A DNA stretch of 64,000 bases from Nitrospinota bacterium (GTDB taxonomy: Bacteria > UBA8248). Below the pieces are notes generated by a model that did not search any database, had not been told where the DNA came from, and saw only the letters and a list, made by a program, of their open reading frames with translations. Location: positions 1 to 64,000 of the forward strand of contig JASLZZ010000056.1 in NCBI GenBank assembly GCA_030754595.1, read 5' to 3'. A program made the position numbers and the translations under genes. This document shows, piece after piece, positions 1 to 9,478 of this stretch (positions are counted from its first letter, which is position 1; each line of letters starts with the position of its first letter).

Positions 1-139
1 GGCCGCACAGTTCACTGGGCTACCGGCCTCCAGCACCAGAAACAAAAGAACCATGGCCTCCGGGCTTCGCTCCGCTTCGCCCTACGGCCATGGTTCCAGG
101 ACTCTCATAGGAAATGGTACAACTATTGGGGGCAGGTCA
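1..139 (+). mobile_element. Right end of an IS3-family insertion sequence (transposase C-terminus plus terminal inverted repeat), cut by the window start
   Basis: The frame from position 3 reads PHSSLGYRPPAPE...* (stop 108-110), the typical IS3 OrfB tail. It is followed by TGGTACAACTATTGGGGGCAGGTCA, ending in CA at 139 (reverse TGACCTGCCCCC, an IS3-type end). Confidence 0.85.
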
Positions 140-234
140 GCTCCGTTTTATTTTTTTATCTTATTGTTTTAAATATATTACAGCAGAAAGATAAAATAAT
201 AAAAAAAGTCAGCCAATCTAAATTAAAAAATTTA

Positions 235-263
235 TTGAAATAATGACGGGGCTGTATTATATT
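235..263 (+). promoter_or_regulatory. Putative sigma70 promoter for the XRE regulator
   Basis: TTGAAA (235-240), 17 bp spacer, TATATT (258-263), downstream of an AT-rich tract. Confidence 0.5.
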
Positions 264-412
264 TCGAGATGCTAAATAGTAGGTGAAGATTAGGGCTCAG
301 TTATCTGGATTTTTTATTTTTTGAAACCCACGGCGAGCGGTACTATCAAGAATGGACAAGTGGCCATCGAGTTCGTTAATGAGTTTGCCGCAAATAATGG
401 AAACGAGGAAAA

Positions 413-1171
413 ATGAAATTACGATTGGAGAAAACAAATAGAGAAGCTATCGGAACCAGGCTCCGGGAAGTCAGGCTCTTCAACAAACTGGAGCAAACAG
501 AGCTGGCCCACCGGGCGGGCCTGTCGCAGGCGATCATCAGCCAGTACGAAAAAGGGCTCACCGAGATCAGTTTGTCGTTCATTAAGTTCCTAGCGGAAAA
601 CTTCACCATATCGGGCGATTGGCTCATCTTCGGGGCAGGTCAATCCCCTCGTGAAAAAGTGCAGAAGGAAATCGAGGTCCGCCTTCCGAAAAGCCTTGAA
701 GCTACCTTGAGCAAAGGAAAGAAAAAGTCGGGATTCATCGGAATTCCCATCGTCGATCCGAAATCGGCCGCAAGGCCCGGCAAGGTGCAAACCGACCGCA
801 TCGAGGATTGGGAAATCGTCCGCTTTCAGGAAGCGACCGGCCGCAACAACCTCGTCGCCCTCGAAACAAAGGCCGACTGGGTGAAAAACATGGCACCGCC
901 CTTCAGGGCCGGCGGCCGAATCGTCATCGACCGCGACGACAAGAAAGTCCGTCCCAACGCCTACTACGCCATCAATTCCGCGTCGAAGAAAAAATCCCCC
1001 CGCGACGCCAGCGTCACCGGAATCCGCCGCCTCAGCCAGAGCGGCTCAAGGCTATGGTTCATCGAAGATCGTACCGACAAGGAATACGACTATCTCGACC
1101 TCAAAGCCAGCGACCGCATCGAAAATATCATTATCGGGCGGATCATTTGGGTCTGGCAAAAAATGCCGTAA
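413..1171 (+). CDS. XRE/cI-like HTH transcriptional regulator with a degenerate C-terminal S24 (LexA/cI)-like domain
   Basis: N-terminal HTH (RLREVR...EQTELAHRAGLSQAIISQYEKG); C-terminal MAP..G..IVID and IIGRIIWV patterns typical of S24 domains. Confidence 0.8.
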   Translation: MKLRLEKTNREAIGTRLREVRLFNKLEQTELAHRAGLSQAIISQYEKGLTEISLSFIKFLAENFTISGDWLIFGAGQSPREKVQKEIEVRLPKSLEATLSKGKKKSGFIGIPIVDPKSAARPGKVQTDRIEDWEIVRFQEATGRNNLVALETKADWVKNMAPPFRAGGRIVIDRDDKKVRPNAYYAINSASKKKSPRDASVTGIRRLSQSGSRLWFIEDRTDKEYDYLDLKASDRIENIIIGRIIWVWQKMP

Positions 1172-1212
1172 TAAAATATTCGGAACATCGAATCTCGTTT
1201 TGTCGGGATACG

Positions 1213-1253
1213 AAAAAAACCGGCTCCCCTTTTTGCGGGAGCCGGTTTTTTTT
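1213..1253. terminator. Bidirectional Rho-independent terminator
   Basis: AAAAAAACCGGCTCCC-CTTTTTGC-GGGAGCCGGTTTTTTTT between convergent genes. Confidence 0.85.
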
Positions 1254-1274
1254 GCCGATTACTTTTAATTATTT

Positions 1275-2327
1275 TTACCGGTTGTTTTTAAGTGGCGCTT
1301 TTCTCGACGGCCTGGCCATCCGCGCGGCGAGAACCACGGCGTCCACCATGCTCGAAGCGTCCGCTCTACCCCGGCCGGCAATCTCGAATCCCGTCCCGTG
1401 TTCTACGGAGGTGCGGATAATCGAAAGCCCCAGGGTGACGTTCACCCCCCGGACCGCGCCTCTTCCCTTTTCCCCGAACCGAAACGCCATCATCTTTCCG
1501 GCGATGTGTCCCTGATCGTGGTACATAGCGACGGCACCGCCGTACTGCCCGCCCCGCAACTTGGCGAATATGGTGTCCGGAGGCTCGGGTCCCACCGCGT
1601 TGATGCCCTGGGCCCGAAGGTCCCCGACCGCGGGCGCAATCTCCTTGACCTCCTCGGTCCCGAAAAGGCCGTTTTCGCCCGCGTGCGGATTTAGCCCCGC
1701 CACCGCGATCCGCGGGGGCCGACCGTCGAGCTTCTCAAGCGTCTCGGCCAAGAGGCGGCCGACGTAGAAGATGCGCCGCCGCTTCACGCGCCGTAGCGCC
1801 TCCCGGAGGGAGCAGTGGGTCGACAAGTGGGCAATGCGCATCCGCCCGAGGAAGAGCATCATCACGGGTTTCCCCTTCCCCACGAGATGGGCCAGCAGTT
1901 CGGTATGCCCCGGAAAAGGGTAGCCGCCCGCCTGAAGGGCTTCTTTATGGATCGGGCCGGTCGCCATCGCAGCCGCCTTCCCTTCCCGAATCAGGCGCAC
2001 GGCAGCCTCGATATAAGCGCCCGCGGCACGACCCAGACCGGCCCGGACCCTCCCAAACACGCGGTCCCTCGCGGCGACGTTGGCCAGATCGAACACCGGC
2101 GTGACCCCGGCAGAGCCGGCCCCCTCCAGGGACTCCGGAGAAACGGGGGACAGCCGCCCGGGCAGACGCATTTTTTTTGCGTGAAGCCTAAGCACTTTCA
2201 AATCACCCACGATCAGAGGAACGCAACCTCGAAGAACGCGCGGGGAGCGCACCGCCTTGAGGCAGACCTCGGGCCCCACCCCGGACGGGTCCCCCATCGT
2301 GATAGCCACCAAGGGCAATTTTTTCAT
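1275..2327 (-). CDS. pdxA: 4-hydroxythreonine-4-phosphate dehydrogenase (PdxA/PdxA2 family)
   Basis: ITMGDPSGVGPE, GHTE, GLNPHAGE, MYHDQG and RTSVEHGT motifs. Start set at ATG 2327 (MKKLP), which has an AGAGGA RBS. Confidence 0.9.
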   Translation of the reverse strand: MKKLPLVAITMGDPSGVGPEVCLKAVRSPRVLRGCVPLIVGDLKVLRLHAKKMRLPGRLSPVSPESLEGAGSAGVTPVFDLANVAARDRVFGRVRAGLGRAAGAYIEAAVRLIREGKAAAMATGPIHKEALQAGGYPFPGHTELLAHLVGKGKPVMMLFLGRMRIAHLSTHCSLREALRRVKRRRIFYVGRLLAETLEKLDGRPPRIAVAGLNPHAGENGLFGTEEVKEIAPAVGDLRAQGINAVGPEPPDTIFAKLRGGQYGGAVAMYHDQGHIAGKMMAFRFGEKGRGAVRGVNVTLGLSIIRTSVEHGTGFEIAGRGRADASSMVDAVVLAARMARPSRKAPLKNNR

Positions 2328-2459
2328 CCGCAATCCTCTTCGTACGTGGCGCAATCGAGCGCCGGGGAAAACTCCCCCGGCAGCCGGCGCGATTGTTGAC
2401 ATGGTTATACCTCAGGCGGCAGGATAGATGGACCGTCTCACAGACCCTAGGAGGCTCCA

Positions 2460-2972
2460 TTGTCCGCAACCCAAGGCGCCAGCGCCACCAAGACGCTGGC
2501 GGCAATCAAGACCCTCGGCTTCACCCACGTTCTGTCCATCCCCGATTCCGAGAGCGCGCGGCTCTACGACGCCCTCGAGAAAGACCCCGATATCAAGCTG
2601 ATCCTGCCCACCCGCGAAGGCGAGTCGATAGCCATCGCCGCGGGCCTTTGGACAGGCTGCCAGAAACCGCTCGTTCTCATCCAGAACACCGGGTTCATGG
2701 AGGCGGGCGACGCCCTCCGCGGCTGCGGAATGGGTCCCCGGATCCCTCTCCGGCTCATGGTCGGCTGGCGCGGCTACGGCGGCGCCATTGCGGAAAAACT
2801 TCCCATCGACTCGGCCTACACCTACACCGAACCGCTGATGAAGGCCTGGGGGATACCCTACTGGCCCCTAATGAGCGACGACGATCTGCCCGCGCTCGAG
2901 CAGATGGACCGGACGGCCGAGGAGACCTCGATGCCCGCCGCCGTCATCACCGGCTACGCCTTCACCGAATAG
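2460..2972 (+). CDS. TPP-dependent decarboxylase alpha subunit (sulfopyruvate/phosphonopyruvate decarboxylase ComD-like)
   Basis: IPDS, TREGESIAIAAG, QNTG and GWRG motifs of the TPP N-terminal domain; AGGAGG RBS before a TTG start. Confidence 0.75.
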   Translation: MSATQGASATKTLAAIKTLGFTHVLSIPDSESARLYDALEKDPDIKLILPTREGESIAIAAGLWTGCQKPLVLIQNTGFMEAGDALRGCGMGPRIPLRLMVGWRGYGGAIAEKLPIDSAYTYTEPLMKAWGIPYWPLMSDDDLPALEQMDRTAEETSMPAAVITGYAFTE

Positions 2973-2985
2973 TAGAGGAATCCTC

Positions 2986-3579
2986 ATGATCGAACGCATG
3001 GACCTTTTTCGCGCCGTTCACGCCCGGCGCACCGACGAGATCGCCGTCCTCACCATGGCGGCGACGCGCCAATATCCCCTCGTCTCGGACCACGAACTCG
3101 ACTTCGATTTTCTCGCCTTCGGCATGGGCCATGCCGGCGACTTCGCGCTGGGCCTCGCCCTCGCCCGGCCCGAGCGGAAGGTCATCGTCTTCAAGGGCGA
3201 CGGCGGCCAGCTGATGAGCCTGGGTTCGCTCGTCACGTTGGGGCGCTACGCGCCGGGGAACCTGCTCGTCCTTTTTCTCGAGAACCGGGTCTACGAGCAG
3301 ACCGGCTCCCAGCCCTTCTCGGACCGCGTGGACTTCGACGCCCTCGCGCGCGGCGCGGGGATCGATGGCGGCGGCTCAACGGGCCGGGGAAAGATCGAGC
3401 GCATCGAGACCATAGAGGCCTTCGAGGAGGCCCTCCCCCGCCTCGTCACCGAGGAGGGTCCCCACTTCGTCATCTGCCCCGTTGTGAATCACGAGCACGT
3501 CCCCCCGACGAGCCACACCAACCACGCCGGAAGGATTCAAAAATTGAGAAAGGGCCTAGGGCTGCCCGCCGGGGCTTGA
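2986..3579 (+). CDS. TPP-dependent decarboxylase beta subunit (ComE-like)
   Basis: GMGHA, ALARPERKV and the TPP motif GDG(x)nN..YEQTG; directly follows the alpha subunit. Confidence 0.78.
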   Translation: MIERMDLFRAVHARRTDEIAVLTMAATRQYPLVSDHELDFDFLAFGMGHAGDFALGLALARPERKVIVFKGDGGQLMSLGSLVTLGRYAPGNLLVLFLENRVYEQTGSQPFSDRVDFDALARGAGIDGGGSTGRGKIERIETIEAFEEALPRLVTEEGPHFVICPVVNHEHVPPTSHTNHAGRIQKLRKGLGLPAGA

Positions 3580-3628
3580 TCTCCGTTTCGATTGTGTCCC
3601 ACTTCATCTCCGTTTCATTTAGCGCGTC

Positions 3629-3658
3629 AAAAAAAGCCCCGCCGTGAAACGGCAGGGC
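3629..3658 (-). terminator. Rho-independent terminator for the minus-strand oxidoreductase genes
   Basis: Minus strand reads GCCCTGCCGT-TTC-ACGGCGGGGC followed by T7. Confidence 0.7.
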
Positions 3659-3708
3659 CGCGCAAGGGCGGAGCCTTAAAATTCAAAATCGCCGGGTAAA
3701 CCACCCCG

Positions 3709-4683
3709 CTAAACCATCAACACCACCTTCCCCAGAAACTTTCCGCTGAGGACGAGCTCGTGGGCCTCGCCGGCCGCCTCGAGCGGGAACTCCTTGCCAA
3801 TATGGGGGCGGATGGCGCCTCCCTCTAAAAGAGGAGCGAGGCGCCGGATGATGCCGGGGAGGTGCGGGGTGAGGTGCCCCGACGAGAGGGCGATGACCCG
3901 GGCGTCGCGCCCCATGGCCGCCCGGACGGGAAAAATAATCTCGCCCTCCTTCCCGGTGCCTGTGCCGACGATCACGACTCGCCCGTTGACAGCGACGAGA
4001 GAGAGATCGGCGGCGAGATTGTCCAAGGCGGCGTTTTCGACGATGGCCTCAACGCCCCTGCCGCCCGTCTCCTCCATCACCCGGGCGGCGACATCCTCCT
4101 CGCGGTAGTTGATGACGGCATCGGCCCCCGCCTTGAGGCAAAAATCCCCTTTTTCCCCGGAACTCACCGTCGCGAGAACGCGGCAACCCATCCGCCGGGC
4201 GAGCTGGATCGCCAGATGTCCGACGCCGCCCGCACCGCCCTGGACGAGGACCGTCTCCTCGGGACCCGTCTCGGCCTTGATGACAAGAGCGTTCCAGGCC
4301 GTGACCAGCGGAATCGGAAGCGACGCGCCCTCCTGGAAACTCATACCCTCCGGCAAAATCCCAGTCGCATCCGCGGGGAGCACGCCCTTTTCGGCGTATC
4401 CGCCCGTCACGGAGCGGCCCCAGACCCTGTCGCCCGCCTTGATCCCCTCCACGCCCTCGCCCACCGCCTCGACCTCGCCGGCGATGTCGGAGCCGCAGAT
4501 AAAGGGACGCGGAATACCCTTCGAGCGGGGGTTCTCGCCCGAGCGGATTGAAATTTCGAGGGGGTTCACCCCCGCCGAACGCACGGAAACCAACACCTGC
4601 CCCGGCCCCGCCTGGGGGTCGGGCACATCCTCCACCACCAGAGGATGCTCCAATCCGAGTTCGTGAACGCTGGCTGCTTTCAT
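3709..4683 (-). CDS. NADPH:quinone oxidoreductase (zeta-crystallin-like MDR family)
   Basis: AGVNP, GDRV, GGYAE, GGAGGVG and GKVVL motifs; no Zn-binding cysteines. Confidence 0.88.
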   Translation of the reverse strand: MKAASVHELGLEHPLVVEDVPDPQAGPGQVLVSVRSAGVNPLEISIRSGENPRSKGIPRPFICGSDIAGEVEAVGEGVEGIKAGDRVWGRSVTGGYAEKGVLPADATGILPEGMSFQEGASLPIPLVTAWNALVIKAETGPEETVLVQGGAGGVGHLAIQLARRMGCRVLATVSSGEKGDFCLKAGADAVINYREEDVAARVMEETGGRGVEAIVENAALDNLAADLSLVAVNGRVVIVGTGTGKEGEIIFPVRAAMGRDARVIALSSGHLTPHLPGIIRRLAPLLEGGAIRPHIGKEFPLEAAGEAHELVLSGKFLGKVVLMV

Positions 4684-5654
4684 GGCGTAAGCACCACCTT
4701 TCCGAGAAAATTACCGCTCAGAACCACCTCGTGCGCCTTGTTGGCGGACTCGAGCGGCAAGGCCCGATCAATGTGAACCTTGAGGGTTCCCTCTTCAAGC
4801 ACCGGTGTGAAGCGGCGGACCACCTCGGGCATTTTCGGGATAAGATTCACCACCGCCAATCCCAGGACATGGGCGTCCTTCGTCATCACCGAGGGGACCC
4901 TGAATTCCGACTGAGGGCCTTTGCCGGTTCCCGTGCCGATGACGATGATGCGGCCGTCCACGCGAATCGCGTCGAGATCCTTGTCGAAATTATCGCAGGC
5001 GGCGAGTTCGACGACGATATCGACCCCCCGACCGCCGGTAATCTCCATGCAGCGCTCGGCGAAGTCCTCCTCGCGGTAGTTGATCGTCGCGTCCGCGCCC
5101 ATGCTCGCGCAAAAATCGGCCTTCTCCTTCGAACTCACCGTGGCGATCACCTGACAACCCATTCGCTTGGCAAGCTGGATCGAGGCGCTGCCGACGCCGC
5201 CCGCCCCGCCCTGAACGAGGACGGTCTCCCCCGCGCCGGCCTCGGCCTTGATGACCAGCGCGTTCCAGGCCGTGTAGAAGGGCACCGTAATCCCCGCGCC
5301 CTGCTCGTAGCTGTAAAGGTCCGGCAGAAGGGCGGTGGTGTTCGCGGGCATGCGTACCAGCTCGGCGTAGCCACCCTCCAGCACGCGCCCAAAGACCCGC
5401 TGGCCCACGCTGAAACCATCCACACCCTCCCCGAGGGCGACGACCTCGCCTGCCGCCTCGGCGCCGGAAATATAGGGGGGCGTCACCAGCTTGGCGTATG
5501 GATGCTTGGCGGCCCGGATGGCGATGTCCACCGGGTTGACCCCCATCGCGCCCGCCCGGACCAATATCTCGCCGGACCCAGGGGCGGGATCCTCTATTTC
5601 TTCTTCCTGCATCGGTACGGAAAGATCGAATTTGTGAACGCGAACCGTTTTCAT
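4680..5654 (-). CDS. NADPH:quinone oxidoreductase (zeta-crystallin-like), tandem paralog
   Basis: Same motifs, 324 aa, 4 bp overlap with the downstream paralog. Confidence 0.88.
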   Translation of the reverse strand: MKTVRVHKFDLSVPMQEEEIEDPAPGSGEILVRAGAMGVNPVDIAIRAAKHPYAKLVTPPYISGAEAAGEVVALGEGVDGFSVGQRVFGRVLEGGYAELVRMPANTTALLPDLYSYEQGAGITVPFYTAWNALVIKAEAGAGETVLVQGGAGGVGSASIQLAKRMGCQVIATVSSKEKADFCASMGADATINYREEDFAERCMEITGGRGVDIVVELAACDNFDKDLDAIRVDGRIIVIGTGTGKGPQSEFRVPSVMTKDAHVLGLAVVNLIPKMPEVVRRFTPVLEEGTLKVHIDRALPLESANKAHEVVLSGNFLGKVVLTP

Positions 5655-5765
5655 GGCATCCTTTCCTCGTTAAAAAAAATATAAATCATCCGCGAATGAA
5701 CGCGGCCTCCGCTACCGGACTCCGCTGCCGGACCCCGGCGCTATCCGCCGGCTCGTGGTCCAGGG

Positions 5766-6854
5766 TCACTTGGGTTTTCGGAAGGCAGGAAATCTATCCC
5801 GCGCATCATCTTCGTTATCTATGAGTTTCACAAGGTCAACCGCCGCCGCGCGAACCCGGCGTATCAGGGGTGAATTCATACCCGGCTTCGCGCCGACCGA
5901 GGCGGCCCCCCGCCGCGCCGCCTCGGTGTTACCCAGCCGGTAGTCGCAGCGCACGACGCGCCACTCGGCGTAATCCGCGAAAAGCGCCTCGACCCGACCC
6001 TTCGTGCGTATGAAGCGCCGGCGGAGGCGTCCGAACATCGCTCTCGCCCGCTTGAAGTCCTCGCGGATGAAATAGCCCTCGGCGCGGGCGAACAGATAAT
6101 GAGGCTGGCCGGGATAGTCCGCGATGATCCCGTCGATCAGCCGGCCGGCCTCCTCGTATTGTTTTTCCGCGTAGAGCGAGTAGACCAGCTCAATTCGCGC
6201 CAGGTCGCGGAGCCACCCTCCCCCCCAGGCCGCGCGGCGCATGAATGCGAGACCCTTCTCCCCCGTGTCGCCGAGGAGGGGCGCAAGCTGCCTGAGCCAT
6301 TTCGCGCGCACGCGCCAGAAATAATAAAGCCCCAGCCCGTAGTAGGCGTCCTCCAGACCCGGGTCGAGCGCGACGGCCCGCTCGAGATATCTTTTCGATC
6401 TCCGGCTCCTGACGAACGCGCGGACATAGCTCTTCCGGCGGGCGGCGTCCATCCCGAGCAACCCCATCGTGAGCCCGGCGATAAGGTGAGCCTCCGCATC
6501 GGCGGGGGTCGCTTTGATCCGTTCCTCGGAGAGCGCCAGGGACCGGGAAATGTTTCGGTCAAAACCCGCGCGGTAGGCGGCATCGTCGAAATGCCCGGCC
6601 AGGATGTTGTAGACCGATGCGAGGAAAAAATAACCCGCCGCTTCACCCGGGGCTTTCTTCACCATGCCCGCGAAAAGGCGAATGGCCTCGCCGTAGCGCC
6701 CGGCGGCGGTCGCCCGCAGGCCTCGCCCGAGAGACTCCCCGGAGCGGGTGGCGGCCGGGACACCCGGGACGACCGGTGCGGCCGAGGCGGCCGGTGCGAC
6801 CGGGGCGGCGAGCGCAATGAAAACCGCGATAGCCGGCATTACTGCGTAGCGCAT
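5766..6854 (-). CDS. Exported tetratricopeptide-repeat protein
   Basis: Signal-peptide-like start MRYAVMPAIAVFIALAAP (ATG 6854); TPR-like helices (LERAVALDPGLEDAYYGLG). Confidence 0.7.
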   Translation of the reverse strand: MRYAVMPAIAVFIALAAPVAPAASAAPVVPGVPAATRSGESLGRGLRATAAGRYGEAIRLFAGMVKKAPGEAAGYFFLASVYNILAGHFDDAAYRAGFDRNISRSLALSEERIKATPADAEAHLIAGLTMGLLGMDAARRKSYVRAFVRSRRSKRYLERAVALDPGLEDAYYGLGLYYFWRVRAKWLRQLAPLLGDTGEKGLAFMRRAAWGGGWLRDLARIELVYSLYAEKQYEEAGRLIDGIIADYPGQPHYLFARAEGYFIREDFKRARAMFGRLRRRFIRTKGRVEALFADYAEWRVVRCDYRLGNTEAARRGAASVGAKPGMNSPLIRRVRAAAVDLVKLIDNEDDARDRFPAFRKPK

Positions 6855-7027
6855 TGGTTTTTCTCCCTGTGTGCGCCACGCTATCAGAGTGCCCGGGGCG
6901 CCATCAACCGATATTTTGGGGATCGCCCGCGTAACCCGCCGCCCCTCGATGGATGAGGGAGATTCCGCTATCGTTCCCCGGAAAGCGGGGGGCGCTTTGC
7001 CCTTCACGCCCGGCGGAGAACAGCTTC

Positions 7028-8374
7028 ATGACGGAAATCAGGCCCCCCGGGGGGGCCCTTCAAATATTAGGGAAACTCCGCGACAGCGGTCACCGGGCGC
7101 TTCTCGCGGGGGGGTGCGTGCGCGATCACCTCATGGGCCTGACGCCCGAGGATTGGGATATCGCCACCGGCGCCGGCCCGGAGGAGATCATGGGCCTCTT
7201 CGAGCGCACAGTGCCGGTCGGCGCAAAGTTCGGCGTCGTCCGCGTCATGGTCGGCGACGCCTCCTTCGAGGTCGCGCAATTTCGCTCCGAGGGACCCTAT
7301 CTCGACGGCCGCCGCCCGAGCAGCGTCAAGCCCGCGAACGAAAAAGAGGACGCCCAGCGGCGCGATTTCACCATCAACGGAATATTTTTCGACCCTGTTG
7401 CTAACGAGCTCCTCGACTACGTCGGCGGCCGGGAAGACATCGAGGACCGGCTCATCCGCGCCATCGGCGATCCCCTCGGGCGCTTCGGGGAGGATCACCT
7501 GCGGATGCTCCGGGCGGTGCGCTTCGCCGCGCGGTTCGGCTACGAAATCGAGCTCGAGACCCTCGCCGCCATTTACCGGTGCGCCCCGCAAATCAGCCAC
7601 ACCAGCGCCGAGCGCAAGTACGGCGAACTCACGGCGATGCTCACCGGCGGGAGGGCGGACCGTGCTTTCGAGATGCTGCGGGAGACGGGGCTGCTCGCCG
7701 AAGTCCTGCCCGAGGTGGCGAAAATGGAGGGGGTGGCCCAGCCACCCGACGAGCACCCCGAGGGCGATGTGTGGAAGCATACAATCAAGGCCCTGGCCCA
7801 GTTAAACGCGCCGGCCCCCGTCCTCGCCTGGGCGGTTCTTTTACACGATGCCGGTAAACCCGAGACCTTCTCTGAAACCGACCGGATCCGGTTTATCAAC
7901 CACGCTGAGGCGGGCACGCGAATCGCGGAGGAAATCTGCGAGCGGTTGAACATGCCGGGCGAGGAGAAGCGCCTCATCCGCGACGTTGTGAAGAGTCACA
8001 TGAAATTCCTCGATGTGGAAAAAATGCGCGAGAGTACGCTGAAGCGGTTTTTGCGCGAGCCGTTTTTCGCCGAGCTTCTGGAGCTGCACCGGATCGATCG
8101 CCTGGCGAGCCACGGCGACCTCACGGCGCACCGGTTTTGCCTGGACAAACAGGCCGAATTCGGCGAGGAGGCGCTGAGGCCCGACCGCGTCCTCGACGGG
8201 CACACCCTCGCCCGGATGGGATTCGCACCGGGGCCCCTTTTTCAGGAAATACTCGCCGCGCTCGACGACGAACAACTCGAGGGCCGCGTCCGATCGAGGG
8301 AGGAGGCCGAGGCGTTTGTTCGCCGCCGCTTCGGGGCCCGCCTCGGGCCTGAAGAGGGCGGCAGGCCGGATTGA
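7028..8374 (+). CDS. cca: CCA tRNA nucleotidyltransferase / poly(A) polymerase family protein with HD domain
   Basis: GGCVRD...DWDIAT, RRDFTING, EDHLRMLRAVRF, HPEGDVWKHT and LLHDAGK motifs; ATG 7028 with GGAG RBS. Confidence 0.88.
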   Translation: MTEIRPPGGALQILGKLRDSGHRALLAGGCVRDHLMGLTPEDWDIATGAGPEEIMGLFERTVPVGAKFGVVRVMVGDASFEVAQFRSEGPYLDGRRPSSVKPANEKEDAQRRDFTINGIFFDPVANELLDYVGGREDIEDRLIRAIGDPLGRFGEDHLRMLRAVRFAARFGYEIELETLAAIYRCAPQISHTSAERKYGELTAMLTGGRADRAFEMLRETGLLAEVLPEVAKMEGVAQPPDEHPEGDVWKHTIKALAQLNAPAPVLAWAVLLHDAGKPETFSETDRIRFINHAEAGTRIAEEICERLNMPGEEKRLIRDVVKSHMKFLDVEKMRESTLKRFLREPFFAELLELHRIDRLASHGDLTAHRFCLDKQAEFGEEALRPDRVLDGHTLARMGFAPGPLFQEILAALDDEQLEGRVRSREEAEAFVRRRFGARLGPEEGGRPD

Positions 8375-8495
8375 GGCTGAGGGGGTTTCCCGCCGGCAGG
8401 ATTCGGGGCACCCTGTCGCCCCAGGGTAACCCTGTCGCCTCGGAAAACTTTTGCCGCGCTTTTTGAAGCGGAATCTTATTAATCAGGAGAGGCCA

Positions 8496-9047
8496 TTGGC
8501 CGCCGAGGGGAGCGGAAGCGCCTTATTGATGAAGGAGCGGGAGGTGGAACTCGCCCTTCGCCGCATGGCCTCCGAAATTATCGAGAAATGCGCGGGAGAC
8601 CCCGACCTGGCCGTGATTGGGGTACGCACCCGCGGGGAGCCTCTCGCCCGGCGGCTGGCCGGTATGCTCGGCGAGATGGAAACAATCGACCCGCCCGTCG
8701 GCATCCTCGACATCGGGGTGCACCGCGACGATGTGGATCACCCAAGCGGCCAGAAAATTTTCGGCCCAACCGAAATCGAATTCGACCTCGCCGAACGTCA
8801 GATCGTCCTAGTGGACGATGTATTCTTCACCGGGCGCACGGTCCGCGCCGCCCTCGACGCGCTGACCGAGATCGGGCGGCCGCGCCGGGTCTGGCTCGCC
8901 ATACTAATCGACCGGGGACACCGTGAGCTTCCCTTCCGGCCCGATTTTGTTGGAAAGAACGTTCCCACAGCACCGGCCGAACGGGTGAACGTCCGCCTCC
9001 GGGAGGTGGACGGCGAGGACGGGGTCTGGCTGACGAGAAACGCCTAG
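8496..9047 (+). CDS. pyrR: Pyrimidine regulatory protein / uracil phosphoribosyltransferase PyrR
   Basis: LDIGVHRDD, LVDDVFFTGRTVRAALDAL and DRGHRELP..DFVGKN motifs; TTG 8496 with AGGAGA RBS. Confidence 0.92.
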   Translation: MAAEGSGSALLMKEREVELALRRMASEIIEKCAGDPDLAVIGVRTRGEPLARRLAGMLGEMETIDPPVGILDIGVHRDDVDHPSGQKIFGPTEIEFDLAERQIVLVDDVFFTGRTVRAALDALTEIGRPRRVWLAILIDRGHRELPFRPDFVGKNVPTAPAERVNVRLREVDGEDGVWLTRNA

Positions 9048-9077
9048 AACTACACATTTCAACGAACGGAGGAAAAA

Positions 9078-9476
9078 ATGTTCACTAAAATTCATCACAT
9101 CGGAGTCGCCGTGAAGGATATGGACGGGGCCATCGCCCTCTACGAGAGCGCGGGGGCGAAGCTGCTCGGACGCGAGCCCTCCGGAGACGGCCGGGTGGAC
9201 CTCTCCATGCTCGACCTGGGCGGCGACCTGATCGAGCCGATCGCGCCCATCGAGGGCGAATCTAGCGTCTCGAGATTCATCGCGAAAAACGGAGAGGGTA
9301 TCCATCACGTCGCCTACGAGGTGGCCGACATCAAAGCCGAACTGGCGCGCCTTAAATCCGAGGGGTTCGAACTCATCGACGAGGTTCCGCGGCCCGGCTT
9401 CATGGGCCACATCGTCGCCTTCATCAAACCCGGCAGCACGATGGGAACGCTCTGGGAGCTGGTGGAGGCGGAGTAG
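9078..9476 (+). CDS. mce: Methylmalonyl-CoA epimerase (VOC family)
   Basis: KIHHIGVAV, GEGIHHVAYEV and GTLWELVE motifs. Confidence 0.85.
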   Translation: MFTKIHHIGVAVKDMDGAIALYESAGAKLLGREPSGDGRVDLSMLDLGGDLIEPIAPIEGESSVSRFIAKNGEGIHHVAYEVADIKAELARLKSEGFELIDEVPRPGFMGHIVAFIKPGSTMGTLWELVEAE

Positions 9477-9478
9477 CG

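Noticed and set aside
413..1171. Prophage inferred from the cI-like repressor
   Set aside because: No integrase, structural, replication or lysis genes in the window.
8375..8495. PyrR-binding attenuator RNA
   Set aside because: No AGUCCnGnGAGG-type consensus and no terminator/antiterminator pair is visible.
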